Below, one piece after another: positions 30,166 to 40,407 of a stretch of DNA of 64,000 bases. A model generated the notes under the pieces. The model worked only from the letters and a program-made list of their open reading frames with translations. It was not told where the DNA came from and did not search any database. Where the stretch lies: the IMG/VR virus record IMGVR_UViG_3300014205_000170, positions 128,001 to 192,000 of that record; one strand, 5' to 3'. Every line of letters starts with the position of its first letter. The stretch's first letter is position 1. The translations under genes were made by a program, and so were the position numbers. This DNA comes from a virus (lineage: Duplodnaviria; Caudoviricetes).

Positions 30166-30636
30166 TTAAAATGGTAAATCTTCTGAATCATCATCAGATA
30201 CTGTCACAGCTGGTTTTACCGGTTGTTTTGTATTAGTTGATTGACTTGTGTTTGCAGCCTTAGTTGTGTTGGTTGAAGTTGTTCCTCCACCATTTTCACT
30301 TGATTTTTTAGAATCCAAGAATACAACACTACTTGCAACAACTTCAGTTGTATATTTTTTATTACCATCTTTGTCGTCCCAACTACGAGTTTGTAGTCTT
30401 CCTTCTACATAAACCTGAGAACCTTTTGTCAAATATTTTGACACGTTCTCACCTTGAGTACCCCAAACTGACACTTTGTGCCATTCTGTAGTTTCTTTCT
30501 TGTTTCCGTCTTTATCTTTGAAAGATTCAGATGTAGCAACAGAAATATTTGCTACTTTATTTCCTCCGTCAAGAGTTTTGAACTCTGGGTCAGCTCCAAG
30601 CCTCCCAATTAAAATTACTTTGTTTACACTGCTCAT
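30166..30636 (-). CDS. ssb: single-stranded DNA-binding protein
   Basis: VNKVILIGRLGADPE, TEWH, KGSQVYVEGRLQTRSW, acidic DLPF tail. Confidence 0.97.
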   Translation of the reverse strand: MSSVNKVILIGRLGADPEFKTLDGGNKVANISVATSESFKDKDGNKKETTEWHKVSVWGTQGENVSKYLTKGSQVYVEGRLQTRSWDDKDGNKKYTTEVVASSVVFLDSKKSSENGGGTTSTNTTKAANTSQSTNTKQPVKPAVTVSDDDSEDLPF

Positions 30637-30689
30637 TTTATTTCTTTTTATATGTTGAATACAAATATAACGAACAATTTTACAAAAAG

Positions 30690-30723
30690 AAAAAAAACCA
30701 TCGAAATTTTATTCGATGGTTTT
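30690..30723 (-). terminator. intrinsic terminator
   Basis: AAAACCATCGAA / TTCGATGGTTTT 12-bp stem, T-run on minus strand. Confidence 0.8.
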
Positions 30724-30745
30724 AAATTTTGGTTGATAATTTTTA

Positions 30746-32821
30746 TTATGAGTTAAAGAAATTTCCGAAAATTCCTTTTTTTCTTTTGTGTTGACCATTT
30801 TCAGTGAATTGTGGAACATACTCACGTCCTTCTGCTTTGGCTTTAGCTATTTCAGCTTCTTCTTTGGCAGCTCTCTTTTTTCTAAGTTCCATTACTTCTT
30901 CTGCTGATAAATAATCATGCATTCTCTTCTGGTTTCCACTGGCAGGAGAAAGGTCTGAATTACGATTTTGTGAGAACTTAATTTTGTGTTCTTCCAGATA
31001 TTCAACAACAGCAGCTATCATTTCTGATGTAGCTCTTGAGTTCTGATATCCTTTTAATTGGTCAAATTCTAAACCGGTTCCACTTCTCATTAAACCTAAA
31101 GTAGCTCTTTCGTTTGACAATAAATGTTGTACGTGTACTGCAACGTAGTTCTTGTTAACTACACGGTCAAGGTACGTGTATACACAATGACCCATAGTCA
31201 TACCTTCTTTATTTAAGTCTTCCAAAGTAGGAACAACAGTGAATTTTATGTCATCAATAGTCACATTAATATGTTCAATGTCTTTAATTGATTTCTTGTA
31301 AAATTCTGCTTTCTTCGCGTCTTTAATTGCTCCATAACGAGCAGCCAAATCATCATGAACCTCTTTTAGCTCTTTGTTACTTTTGATTTTGTAAATGTAA
31401 TTTGGTAGAAGTTCTAACAAATCCATTGTATTCAAAGTATCAGTATATAAATGTAAAAAATCCGAATTTTGACCTTTGGTTACATTATCAATGTTACGGT
31501 CAAAAATGTGCTTGATGTGTTTCAAAGTAATTCTACTTCTTTCATCAATACGTTGTTTATCCAAGTTACGATAAAACACATATAAACGACCTTGTTCGTA
31601 ATTCTGAAACAAAGTTTCCATATCTGTTTTAGTCACATACTTCTTTCTGTACATACTTAATAAAATATCCATATCAGCCGGTGATGTGATATTTTTATAA
31701 ATAAGTGGACTTACGCGTAAATAATTTGAATCTTCTTCGATGTCTTTTGCTTTAGTAGCATCCACAATTTTAGCTTTTTTAGCTATCTCATCTGTGACAC
31801 CTTTAAGAGCACCATTACTATCATAATTCATTGAAATTTCAAGAATTCTCAAAGGAGATGTAGCATCAAGTTTTTGGTAAATTGCCGAACTCAATAAGTT
31901 TTTGCTTTGTAAAAACTCCTTGAAGAACACTTGTCCTTTTGTTAGTAAAATAGTGGTGATACTTGGATAATCTGCAACACAAAGAAATACCCTTGATAAC
32001 TCCAAAAATCTATGAAGATAACCACCAATATTTAATTGTGTTTCTTTTCTTTTTCCATCCCCAAAACCGGTATCAACATTTGAATAAGTAATAACTTCGC
32101 CATTTGCATTGGTTTTTTCGAAAATTTCTTTGTTGTTGTATGTGAAATTAATTGGGGCAATTAATTTTTTAATTTGGTCAAGGTCAGCTACAACTCCATC
32201 AATTTTATTGAAAAATTCAAAAATATTAGCTAAGCCGGTATAAAATGCGAAATCAAAATAATGCATGAAATGCTCAAGTCTTGCAATTTTAGTTAACCCA
32301 ACATCTTCTGTAATATCATTATTATCACTTTGCTTTTGAGTGGCCATAGACTTGTCTAAAGTAGGCTTCGATAAGAAAATGACTGTTTTCTTTGTTTCTT
32401 TGTTGAATTTCAGATAATCTACACGAACGATATTCTCGTCAAATTTATCTTTACTAGAATCGTAACGAGCAAACATTTTTTCGCGGTAAAGAAAAACTGA
32501 ATCTCCCTTTTCCTCGGTTCTGAAATTGATTTTATAAATTTCATCATCATCTGGGCTAATCAAGATTAGTTTATTAACCTGATTATATACAGTTGAACAC
32601 TTATCACACTTTACAGATTCAATACTGTGTTTATCTTCAACGGTAGTATCGTGTTTTTTAACTACTAATCTTCTGGCTTTTGTTTTAAGGTCTTTTTGAG
32701 CTCCACATTTACAATAAAGTCGTTGGCTATCTTTACCTTCAGAGCTGATTCTGTTGGTATCAATCATTGTTTTACCGATATCTACCAAAAAGGAGTGTTG
32801 TTTGTTTGCTGTTTTACCCAT
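30746..32821 (-). CDS. PcfJ-like domain protein with N-terminal Cys pairs
   Basis: C-terminal LKEVHDDL...LNKEGMTMGHCVYTY...ATLGL...QLKGYQN. Confidence 0.7.
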   Translation of the reverse strand: MGKTANKQHSFLVDIGKTMIDTNRISSEGKDSQRLYCKCGAQKDLKTKARRLVVKKHDTTVEDKHSIESVKCDKCSTVYNQVNKLILISPDDDEIYKINFRTEEKGDSVFLYREKMFARYDSSKDKFDENIVRVDYLKFNKETKKTVIFLSKPTLDKSMATQKQSDNNDITEDVGLTKIARLEHFMHYFDFAFYTGLANIFEFFNKIDGVVADLDQIKKLIAPINFTYNNKEIFEKTNANGEVITYSNVDTGFGDGKRKETQLNIGGYLHRFLELSRVFLCVADYPSITTILLTKGQVFFKEFLQSKNLLSSAIYQKLDATSPLRILEISMNYDSNGALKGVTDEIAKKAKIVDATKAKDIEEDSNYLRVSPLIYKNITSPADMDILLSMYRKKYVTKTDMETLFQNYEQGRLYVFYRNLDKQRIDERSRITLKHIKHIFDRNIDNVTKGQNSDFLHLYTDTLNTMDLLELLPNYIYKIKSNKELKEVHDDLAARYGAIKDAKKAEFYKKSIKDIEHINVTIDDIKFTVVPTLEDLNKEGMTMGHCVYTYLDRVVNKNYVAVHVQHLLSNERATLGLMRSGTGLEFDQLKGYQNSRATSEMIAAVVEYLEEHKIKFSQNRNSDLSPASGNQKRMHDYLSAEEVMELRKKRAAKEEAEIAKAKAEGREYVPQFTENGQHKRKKGIFGNFFNS

Positions 32822-32944
32822 GTGTCTATTTTTTTTAGTTTTTAGTTTTTTGATTATAGTTTCAACGATACAAATCTATAAAATTTACACAATAATTCCA
32901 AAAGTTTTTGGCTTTTTGAAACTATTTAGTTGTAAACTCATATT

Positions 32945-35350
32945 ATGGACTTTTTAAACGAACATTTTGACAAAGAGTTACAAAGGATGTCTAAATTAGC
33001 TGGAATCCCCAGAAACTCTGTAAATGAAGGTGTCAAAACGGATACTAACCCTAATATAGTCCATGAAGTTTTAAATGAACAAGATGACCTTTTTGGGGAT
33101 TTAACAGACGTTTTTTCCCAGCAAACCAATGCCATCCAGAAAAAACCATCTACCGGTAAATTAAGCAAAGATTTAAAGGCAGCTATGGTATTAAATAACG
33201 TAAGTGAATATCAAGCCGCATTACATGGTTTAAATACAAAATATAACCCAAAGACACTTGGAGCAAAGCCAGAAGAACTTGGAGGTACAGCCGGAACTAT
33301 AATAGCCAAAAAGCCAATTGAAAAATTCAAAGACGCTTCAAAGGATATTGAAAATATGAAATACTCAAATTCTAATCATTTAAAGGATTTGACAAGTAAT
33401 GATTTTGATAAGGAAATAGAGAATCAAAAAAAGTTCTCTAGCGCTCCTGTAAGCTGGGATGAAAAATCCAAACAATTTAATCCAACGAACCAAATCAGTT
33501 TAGCCAAATGGCAACCAACTCATAAAGATGAATCTATTATATCGTATGAAAAACAAGTTGATAAGTTTGGTCATGAAACATTTTCTTTATCAGATAGAGG
33601 TAAAGAACAATTAGAGTTTTTACAAAGAATGTATTCCAATAAACCACTTCCTCCTAATGGAGATGAAAGTGTTGATATTGAAAGTGTTCTTACTAACAAT
33701 GATTTTATTTATAAAAATGTAGTTACTGCAAACTCCGAGAAAATTCTAAGAGATTTCTTTAATAAAGCTGTTGTTCCTATTATTGCTTCTGCTTTAAAAA
33801 GAACTACTGCTGCTCCTAAAGACACTCAATTTGAAAGATTTGTTAGAGCCGGCGTTGACCATGCTTTAGACCAAACAAAAAGAGGAAAATATAACCCATC
33901 CTTTAAAAATTACGGTGCTTGGTTTATACAAGTAGTAAAACACAAAGTAATTGACCAATTAAAATCTCAAACTACTTTTCGTTTAGATACTGCTCATGCA
34001 TATGATTTATTATCAAACATGCCTGGACCGCTTAAAATTGATTCACAATTGAATCCTGAACAGGCTATTGGTAACTATGACAGTGTCATTGAGAGTAAGA
34101 ACAAGTTCACAAAAGATGGTGTAGAGCATAATTATTTTACTTACGTTTACCAAAAACCGGAAAACGCATTAAGCGATTTGGAAGCCAAAGCTCTAAAAAC
34201 AGATACTGGCTTTAAAAAATCACCATTAAAAGCACAATACTTGAAGGAACCGGGAATGTTCTACAAAAGCTCCCTTGAACACATTCCTGCAAATACATCT
34301 CAACAAACCGTAGAACCGGCATATTTTGAAAAATTTGAAGATATTTCTGCTAATACAGTATTGAAAATCGCTTCAAAGGAAGTAAATGATATACTTGCTC
34401 AAATCGCCAAAGAGATAGTGGTTTCTAATGCTAAAGTTGGAGATACTGTTAAATTAAGTGGTAGAGAAAATGCACTATACCCTACTCTTACTAAAGGTCA
34501 ATCATACGAAGTTATTGAAAAAGGTGAAGACCCAACAGTTGGTGGTGGTAAACCAAAAAAATACTATTATGTAATAGATGATTCTGGGAAAAAAATTAAA
34601 GTTGGTGCTAGAGCATTAACGCCAACAGAATCAGTTGAGGGCAAAATCGTATCAAAAGCCAGAGAAAATGAACAAACAGTAACAGAGCTATTGAGACTAT
34701 TGCTTCAATATGGTAGATTAAAACCGGTATATACTAAAACAGTTTACTTGCCAAAAGCAGATGGCGGTTGGGCAAAGAAAAATGTTGGTGATGCAGTTGC
34801 TAAAGATAGAACGGGAAAAATCATTGTACCTTTTTCAACAGATAAAGCAGGTTCAAAATATAAAGATTTAGAATCTGCTCCTATTGAATATGTGTGGAGT
34901 ACTGAAAAATATTCTGATGAAGTAAATGATAAAATAATTGATGACATAGCTAATATGGCTAAGAAAAAAGGTTTGAATTTACCTAGTCAGTATTTTACCG
35001 CTACAAACGAACCTCTTTATAAACAAAAAGGTGTTCCAAAAGATACAAAACAAAAAACCATTGAATTCATAAATGGTGTTCGTAATGCTTTAAGAAGATA
35101 TTTTGGTTTTACTAGCTTAAACAATGAAGTAATAAAGCAGAATAGAGATATTCTAAAAAAACTAATTGATAACTGGTCTAATTCTCAAGAAGCCATTGCA
35201 CAAAACATAACAGAAGTTGAAATTAGAAAAACTATCAAAGGTTTACTTAAAGAAATAAATGAAATAGAAACTTTAGATGCAATTTCTGTGGATGCGCAAA
35301 AATGGGTATCAAAAAAAGTAGCACAACTAATAGGAACAACAGAATTATAA
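32945..35350 (+). CDS. large protein with sigma-70 region 2-like domain and SH3/KOW-like domain, tagged termini
   Basis: AGVDHALDQTKRGKYNPSFKNYGAWFIQVVKHKVIDQLKS (sigma region 2.2-2.4 pattern); N-term ELQRMSKLAGI, C-term EIRKTIKGLLKE. Confidence 0.55.
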   Translation: MDFLNEHFDKELQRMSKLAGIPRNSVNEGVKTDTNPNIVHEVLNEQDDLFGDLTDVFSQQTNAIQKKPSTGKLSKDLKAAMVLNNVSEYQAALHGLNTKYNPKTLGAKPEELGGTAGTIIAKKPIEKFKDASKDIENMKYSNSNHLKDLTSNDFDKEIENQKKFSSAPVSWDEKSKQFNPTNQISLAKWQPTHKDESIISYEKQVDKFGHETFSLSDRGKEQLEFLQRMYSNKPLPPNGDESVDIESVLTNNDFIYKNVVTANSEKILRDFFNKAVVPIIASALKRTTAAPKDTQFERFVRAGVDHALDQTKRGKYNPSFKNYGAWFIQVVKHKVIDQLKSQTTFRLDTAHAYDLLSNMPGPLKIDSQLNPEQAIGNYDSVIESKNKFTKDGVEHNYFTYVYQKPENALSDLEAKALKTDTGFKKSPLKAQYLKEPGMFYKSSLEHIPANTSQQTVEPAYFEKFEDISANTVLKIASKEVNDILAQIAKEIVVSNAKVGDTVKLSGRENALYPTLTKGQSYEVIEKGEDPTVGGGKPKKYYYVIDDSGKKIKVGARALTPTESVEGKIVSKARENEQTVTELLRLLLQYGRLKPVYTKTVYLPKADGGWAKKNVGDAVAKDRTGKIIVPFSTDKAGSKYKDLESAPIEYVWSTEKYSDEVNDKIIDDIANMAKKKGLNLPSQYFTATNEPLYKQKGVPKDTKQKTIEFINGVRNALRRYFGFTSLNNEVIKQNRDILKKLIDNWSNSQEAIAQNITEVEIRKTIKGLLKEINEIETLDAISVDAQKWVSKKVAQLIGTTEL

Positions 35351-35369
35351 AATTTTAAACAAACAAAAA

Positions 35370-36815
35370 ATGAAAAACATAAAAATTACTTTAAAAGATT
35401 TAAGAAAATTAATTGCTGAAAATGCTTTTAAAATTTTAGAAGACAAAGAAGAAGAGTTATCTGATGTAACTCCAGAATTAAACAAAGATATTGATTCTTC
35501 AGAAACATTAAACATAGCAGATGAAACTCCAGCCGACACTGATAGTCAAGACTCTTTAAATAGTTCTTATGAAAATCTAAGTGATATAATTAAGAAAGTA
35601 GCTTCATATTTAGATAGTACAAAATTAAATCAGTTAAATGCTGAAATTTTAAAATCACTTACAACTGGTAAAGTTAATCGTAATTTTACTTTTGATAAAA
35701 TGGTATCAGAAAGTAAAAACAGAAAAGACTTTGATTATTTTACAACTGTATTAGCAACATTATACAAGAATGCAAATTCTAGCGAAAAAGAAAATATAAG
35801 AAAAGTTTTATTTTTAGCATTGCCTGTTTATAACATGGCTTCAATTGAAAGTGGTCAGGGTGACATACGTCCTTCATCATTTGCTAAAACTGTTGCTCAA
35901 AAAGCTGGTATAGGTTATGATTTTAATATTAATGCAAAAACCATAGATGCCAGTTATTATATTGATATTGTTGCTGACGCAGTTTATGAAGCAATTGATT
36001 ATTTTTTAAAAAACTATGACCCAGACAGAGGGGGATTGTTTAGTGCACAAGTTCTATATAAAGCAGCAAACTTAGCTAAAGACTCTTTGGGTAGTAAATT
36101 ACATCAAAAAACTTTTGCTGTGGGTGGTCAAAAATATTCTTTAGATGAACCATTGGGTGATGCAGGAGAAGAAGATACAGAAACAAAGATGGATAGAGTA
36201 ACCGGTAAAGAAGGTGAAGTAACTGGTGCAGAAAGAGAAGCAATTAAAGGTTTTGCAAATTCTTTAAAATCTTTCGTTCAAGGAAAGCTTGGACAAAAAG
36301 ATAGCTTGAAAAATTATTTAGAATTTTTTAATCTTTTCATTCAAGGTCATAATTTATCTGAAATTGCGGACATTATGGAAAAGAGTTCTGGAAATATCAG
36401 AATTATAAAAATGAGAATGGAAGACTTTATAACAAAGTTTGTTGAAAGTGGTGAGTTGCAAGATTATGTTTATGATAAAACAGGAATAAAAATTGATTTT
36501 CCTAATAATAAATTTACTTTATCAGTACAAGGAAATGGTAAAGGAGCAGGAGAAGTTGAGCCAGTAGAATATTTTCAAGTTACAGGACATAATCCTGAAA
36601 CAGGTGAAGCTGTTGGTGAATGGGTACAAATAACTCCAGATAAACATGATAGCGAAACTACTTGGTTTAACAATTATGGAGATTTGGTATTTGGACGTGA
36701 AGAAGAAGCGCAAGAAACTATTGAAACATCTGACGAAGAAAAAGAACAACAAATCGCAGAATCTTTATTGAAAATAATAAAAACTAGACTTTTAAAAAAC
36801 TCTAAAAATGATTAA
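35370..36815 (+). CDS. sigma-70 family RNA polymerase sigma factor with tagged N/C extensions
   Basis: Region 2 DAVYEAIDYFLKNYDPDRGGLFSA, region 3 SLDEPLGD, region 4 HTH FIQGHNLSEIADIMEKSSGNIRIIKMR. Confidence 0.75.
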   Translation: MKNIKITLKDLRKLIAENAFKILEDKEEELSDVTPELNKDIDSSETLNIADETPADTDSQDSLNSSYENLSDIIKKVASYLDSTKLNQLNAEILKSLTTGKVNRNFTFDKMVSESKNRKDFDYFTTVLATLYKNANSSEKENIRKVLFLALPVYNMASIESGQGDIRPSSFAKTVAQKAGIGYDFNINAKTIDASYYIDIVADAVYEAIDYFLKNYDPDRGGLFSAQVLYKAANLAKDSLGSKLHQKTFAVGGQKYSLDEPLGDAGEEDTETKMDRVTGKEGEVTGAEREAIKGFANSLKSFVQGKLGQKDSLKNYLEFFNLFIQGHNLSEIADIMEKSSGNIRIIKMRMEDFITKFVESGELQDYVYDKTGIKIDFPNNKFTLSVQGNGKGAGEVEPVEYFQVTGHNPETGEAVGEWVQITPDKHDSETTWFNNYGDLVFGREEEAQETIETSDEEKEQQIAESLLKIIKTRLLKNSKND

Positions 36816-37275
36816 CGAAAACAAAATTAGAAAAGCTATTCGTAAGCATTTATTTGAATGTATGGATGAAACTATCCTGCCAGCTAATGAAGGATTAGAT
36901 GAAGCTTTGATTGATGAAGAAAGAATCACCAATGATGAAGCAAAAAAACATGTTGCAAAAAAAGAAAACTTTGTTGGGTCACATATTTTTGGAGAAAAAT
37001 TAGGAGAAAATTATGTTGTATGTTCATATGGGGAACAGTTTCCTTTATTTATTTATGATGCCAAAGAAAATAAGTGGTATGAAAATAAAGACCAATATGT
37101 TTTTAATGGAGAAGTTGTAGAACAAACAGAAGAGCATAGAAATCTTTTAAAACCTACTGTGGATATGCACACCGAATCACTCGAAGCTATGATTCAAAAA
37201 TTGAATAACATTAAAAAAAGAGCCGGTATTGAGGAACTTAACCACACATCTGTAGAACCAGGAACAAAAAATTAA
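36808..37275 (+). CDS. hypothetical phage protein with IRKAIRKHLFE leader
   Basis: YVVCSYGEQFPLFIY...WYEN core; shared tag. Confidence 0.6.
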   Translation: MINENKIRKAIRKHLFECMDETILPANEGLDEALIDEERITNDEAKKHVAKKENFVGSHIFGEKLGENYVVCSYGEQFPLFIYDAKENKWYENKDQYVFNGEVVEQTEEHRNLLKPTVDMHTESLEAMIQKLNNIKKRAGIEELNHTSVEPGTKN

Positions 37276-37646
37276 GAAAACCAATTACTTACATTAAACC
37301 AATTTTTCTTTTGTGGTTTAAATTTATTTTTATCTCCTTTTTTTAAATTCAATAGATACGTTAAAGCCGCTTGTTCGGTAATATGCGTAGTAACATCTTT
37401 ATTATTATACCACCCCTGAGATAGTTCTTTTAAATAACCTTTTTGTAATTGATTATTTTCATCTAAAAAAATTCTATAAAAATTTAATATAATTTTATAT
37501 TTTACTTCATGCTTTTCCTTATATCTTCTAGAAAATCCAGCATATTGATAAACTTCTGAATATTTTTCAAATTTAATATAATTAAATTTTTTAGAAAATT
37601 CTTGTGGACACTTAACCCACTCAACAAATGTTCTTTTTTCCTCCAT
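37272..37646 (-). CDS. hypothetical protein
   Basis: ORF. Confidence 0.5.
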   Translation of the reverse strand: MEEKRTFVEWVKCPQEFSKKFNYIKFEKYSEVYQYAGFSRRYKEKHEVKYKIILNFYRIFLDENNQLQKGYLKELSQGWYNNKDVTTHITEQAALTYLLNLKKGDKNKFKPQKKNWFNVSNWFS

Positions 37647-37648
37647 TG

Positions 37649-38359
37649 TTAATTTATATTTCTTAAAATATCCAAAGTATTAACATGTAGAATATCATCA
37701 TAACCTTCATCAGAAGAAGGTTCTTGATAACTTAACAATATTCTTTGAATTACTTCTGGTGATAAAGTTTTTGACCCACCTTGTTTTTTTATTTCTTGAT
37801 TTCTTTTATCAGCCAACTTCGAAATGATACTTAATGTTTCCGGGTCTTTAAAATTAAATACAATAGCTATTTTTTTAAATTCAGGATGCAAATCAATGTC
37901 CCCTAAATTTATTTTCCTATCAGATTTACTCATATTTACCATATCAATAACAATATCACTTGTTGAGTTTATAGCAGAAGTTATTTCTTGTTTTAAATTT
38001 TGTGCAACAATTTTATTTGTTTTAGAAACTTTTTCAAAAGCAGTTGGATAATATTGTTTCATTCTTTCATCATCATTTGGAATTACGCGTCCAAATTTCT
38101 CTTTCCCCACTACAGGTTCTCCAATAGTATCTTGTGGTGTTGGATATACATAAAGGTCGTCATAAGTTAAACCAAGGCTTGTAGCTACTTTATTTACAAT
38201 ATCATCTCGTGAAATAATGATAGCACCTTTAAGATTAGGGTTGTTTTTAATAAAAGTTGATTTTCCAATAGCCGGTGGCCCTATTAAAACATAGACTTTT
38301 CTTTTTGAAATAGGAGAATTAGATAAAATTTCTCTAATTATTTTTCGAACTTCTTTCAT
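37649..38359 (-). CDS. P-loop kinase (polynucleotide kinase/AAA_33-like) with VRKIIREILS leader
   Basis: LIGPPAIGKST, IISRDD, IVIDMVN...R, EP...EGYD. Confidence 0.75.
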   Translation of the reverse strand: MKEVRKIIREILSNSPISKRKVYVLIGPPAIGKSTFIKNNPNLKGAIIISRDDIVNKVATSLGLTYDDLYVYPTPQDTIGEPVVGKEKFGRVIPNDDERMKQYYPTAFEKVSKTNKIVAQNLKQEITSAINSTSDIVIDMVNMSKSDRKINLGDIDLHPEFKKIAIVFNFKDPETLSIISKLADKRNQEIKKQGGSKTLSPEVIQRILLSYQEPSSDEGYDDILHVNTLDILRNIN

Positions 38360-38376
38360 CTATAATAAATAGATTT

Positions 38377-38580
38377 TTAATATATATTTTTTAATTCTTT
38401 TTTAACCTTTTTCCAGTGTTTTTCGTCACTATGATTCCTCTCAATATGTGAATCTATTATTTCATTCACAGCAATAACAGCACATTGTTTAGCTAAAAAT
38501 GATGATATCAATCCTTTTCCGGCATTTAACATAGAAAGATATATTTCTCTTGCTTGTATCTTTGGATTTTTATTCTTCAT
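38377..38580 (-). CDS. small phage protein
   Basis: AKQCAVIAVNEII...HWKKVKKEL. Confidence 0.55.
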   Translation of the reverse strand: MKNKNPKIQAREIYLSMLNAGKGLISSFLAKQCAVIAVNEIIDSHIERNHSDEKHWKKVKKELKNIY

Positions 38581-38585
38581 GTATT

Positions 38586-38846
38586 TTAATAAATTTTACA
38601 CATTATTACAATTCTTTCTAAGTGCGTTTCAACCCTTTTTAGAGAAATAAAAGCATTTGGACTATATCCAGAAAGTGTACCATGGTTTAATTCTTTAAAG
38701 TGTAATGCAATTTCTTTTCCATGAAAATGCATGGCATTGCTAATTGTATAAATTTTTCCTTTTATAGGAATATCTGCATTATAACTTCGTAAGAGTTTTA
38801 CTTCAATAAGACTTACATCTAATTTACATATTACTTTTTCTTTCAC
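38586..38846 (-). CDS. hypothetical protein
   Basis: ORF. Confidence 0.5.
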   Translation of the reverse strand: MKEKVICKLDVSLIEVKLLRSYNADIPIKGKIYTISNAMHFHGKEIALHFKELNHGTLSGYSPNAFISLKRVETHLERIVIMCKIY

Positions 38847-39097
38847 TTATATTTAATTTTCATTATAAGTAATATAAGACCAAATAATAAAGAGAAAGTA
38901 TTGGTAATTAAAATAGCATTTTCTTTAATTAAAAAACCATACACAAACCAGAACAAAACACCTATTACATAGATGACATACATTGATAAAGAAATACTTT
39001 TTGTATCCTTTGTACGAATTGTTTTTATCATTTGAGGTACAAATGCACCAGTAGTTAAAAGGCCAGCTACTAAACCTATTATTGTTGGAGAAATCAT
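38843..39097 (-). CDS. SemiSWEET / PQ-loop sugar transporter
   Basis: IGLVAGLLTTGAFVPQMIKT.RTKDTKSISL.M, W..YG, N. Confidence 0.9.
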   Translation of the reverse strand: MISPTIIGLVAGLLTTGAFVPQMIKTIRTKDTKSISLSMYVIYVIGVLFWFVYGFLIKENAILITNTFSLLFGLILLIMKIKYK

Positions 39098-39318
39098 AAC
39101 TTAAATACCAAATTATTTACAAGGTCCGCAGGCCACAAATTAGGAATTTTATTTAAATGTTTTTCGCAGATAACTATTCTTTCTTGAATTGATTCACAAT
39201 CTTCACAAAATCTATTAATTATTAGTTGTTGAGAATTGTCAAGAACTTCAATTTTAAGCCTACAATGTATATAGCAAAATCTTTCATGATATTTCTCTGT
39301 ATAAGATTTTTCCGACAT
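39094..39318 (-). CDS. Cys-containing hypothetical protein
   Basis: CYIHC, CEDC. Confidence 0.45.
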   Translation of the reverse strand: MSEKSYTEKYHERFCYIHCRLKIEVLDNSQQLIINRFCEDCESIQERIVICEKHLNKIPNLWPADLVNNLVFKL

Positions 39319-39590
39319 TAATTTTTTTCAATTCTAACTACTCGTTTTAATATATCAACTTCTTTAAATCTTTCGTTAAAAGATTCAGTACCTATTTGAT
39401 TCCAACAACTATTATCATCAATAACATACCCAGAAGGTTCCCATATAGAATTATTTGCATCTCCACCATTATGTTGTTGGTGTTCTTGATAAATCTTACC
39501 TTTTTTTAAAACTTGAACTTTAAAAGTAAAAGAAGCCACTCCACCATCATCAAGTCCATATTCATCTATTAAAGCTTCAAACTTTCTCAT
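39318..39590 (-). CDS. hypothetical protein
   Basis: ORF. Confidence 0.5.
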   Translation of the reverse strand: MRKFEALIDEYGLDDGGVASFTFKVQVLKKGKIYQEHQQHNGGDANNSIWEPSGYVIDDNSCWNQIGTESFNERFKEVDILKRVVRIEKN

Positions 39591-39790
39591 AATTCTTTTA
39601 AAACAAGATGGTCAGTCCCTTCCAAACATGCAATTCCACTTTCAAATCTTGACCTCAATACTCTTTTGGATTTTTTGGAATACTTCGACTCGAATCTTAA
39701 TGTATAATGTTTCCCTTCATTTAATTCACATGTTGCTTTTACTTGTTTTCCGTCTGGAACTTGAATTAGATAAGATTTTCCTGGTATCAT
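39587..39790 (-). CDS. hypothetical protein
   Basis: ORF. Confidence 0.45.
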   Translation of the reverse strand: MIPGKSYLIQVPDGKQVKATCELNEGKHYTLRFESKYSKKSKRVLRSRFESGIACLEGTDHLVLKEL

Positions 39791-40356
39791 GGTTGTTCAA
39801 TTTTTAAAATTATTTTTAAATGATTTAAATGAGCAGCAAGTGCTGCAATACAAGCACAAACATAAATAATTATTGCGAAAACACATCTAACAGTAGAGGT
39901 TGTTTTGGAAATATCAAAACTTAATAAACAAAATGAAAAGAGCAAATAAAATACGAAAACAATAATAAAAAAAATGATATATATGGATAACAATTTTTTA
40001 AACCAATTAAAAGATAATAATTTTATTGTAATTTCTTCATCTCTACCATTAGTCAATTCAACAATGTGCGTTTTACAATAAATACCAACTGGCGCTATAC
40101 CACACAGAAAAAATATAAGAAATATTAATCTATCTGCAATATCCCAGTTAAATAAATTTAAATTTAAACTTGTCATCACTGCCATGGAATACCCTAAAAT
40201 TAAGCTAGTAAGTGTAGCAATAATATTACAAATATTCCTTTTTATTTTTGACATTTTTATATCTCGCGTTCTTTTTAAAACTATATATCGATTAATTCCA
40301 GCTTTTTCCAACATTACTTTTCGTTCTAATTTATAAGGCCAAGTTAATGTTAACAT
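39787..40356 (-). CDS. 4-TM membrane protein
   Basis: Hydrophobic segments. Confidence 0.55.
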   Translation of the reverse strand: MLTLTWPYKLERKVMLEKAGINRYIVLKRTRDIKMSKIKRNICNIIATLTSLILGYSMAVMTSLNLNLFNWDIADRLIFLIFFLCGIAPVGIYCKTHIVELTNGRDEEITIKLLSFNWFKKLLSIYIIFFIIVFVFYLLFSFCLLSFDISKTTSTVRCVFAIIIYVCACIAALAAHLNHLKIILKIEQP

Positions 40357-40407
40357 GCTAATTTATGAATAAAAAGGGAGATAAAAAAAGGTTTTTTAAA
40401 AAAAATA

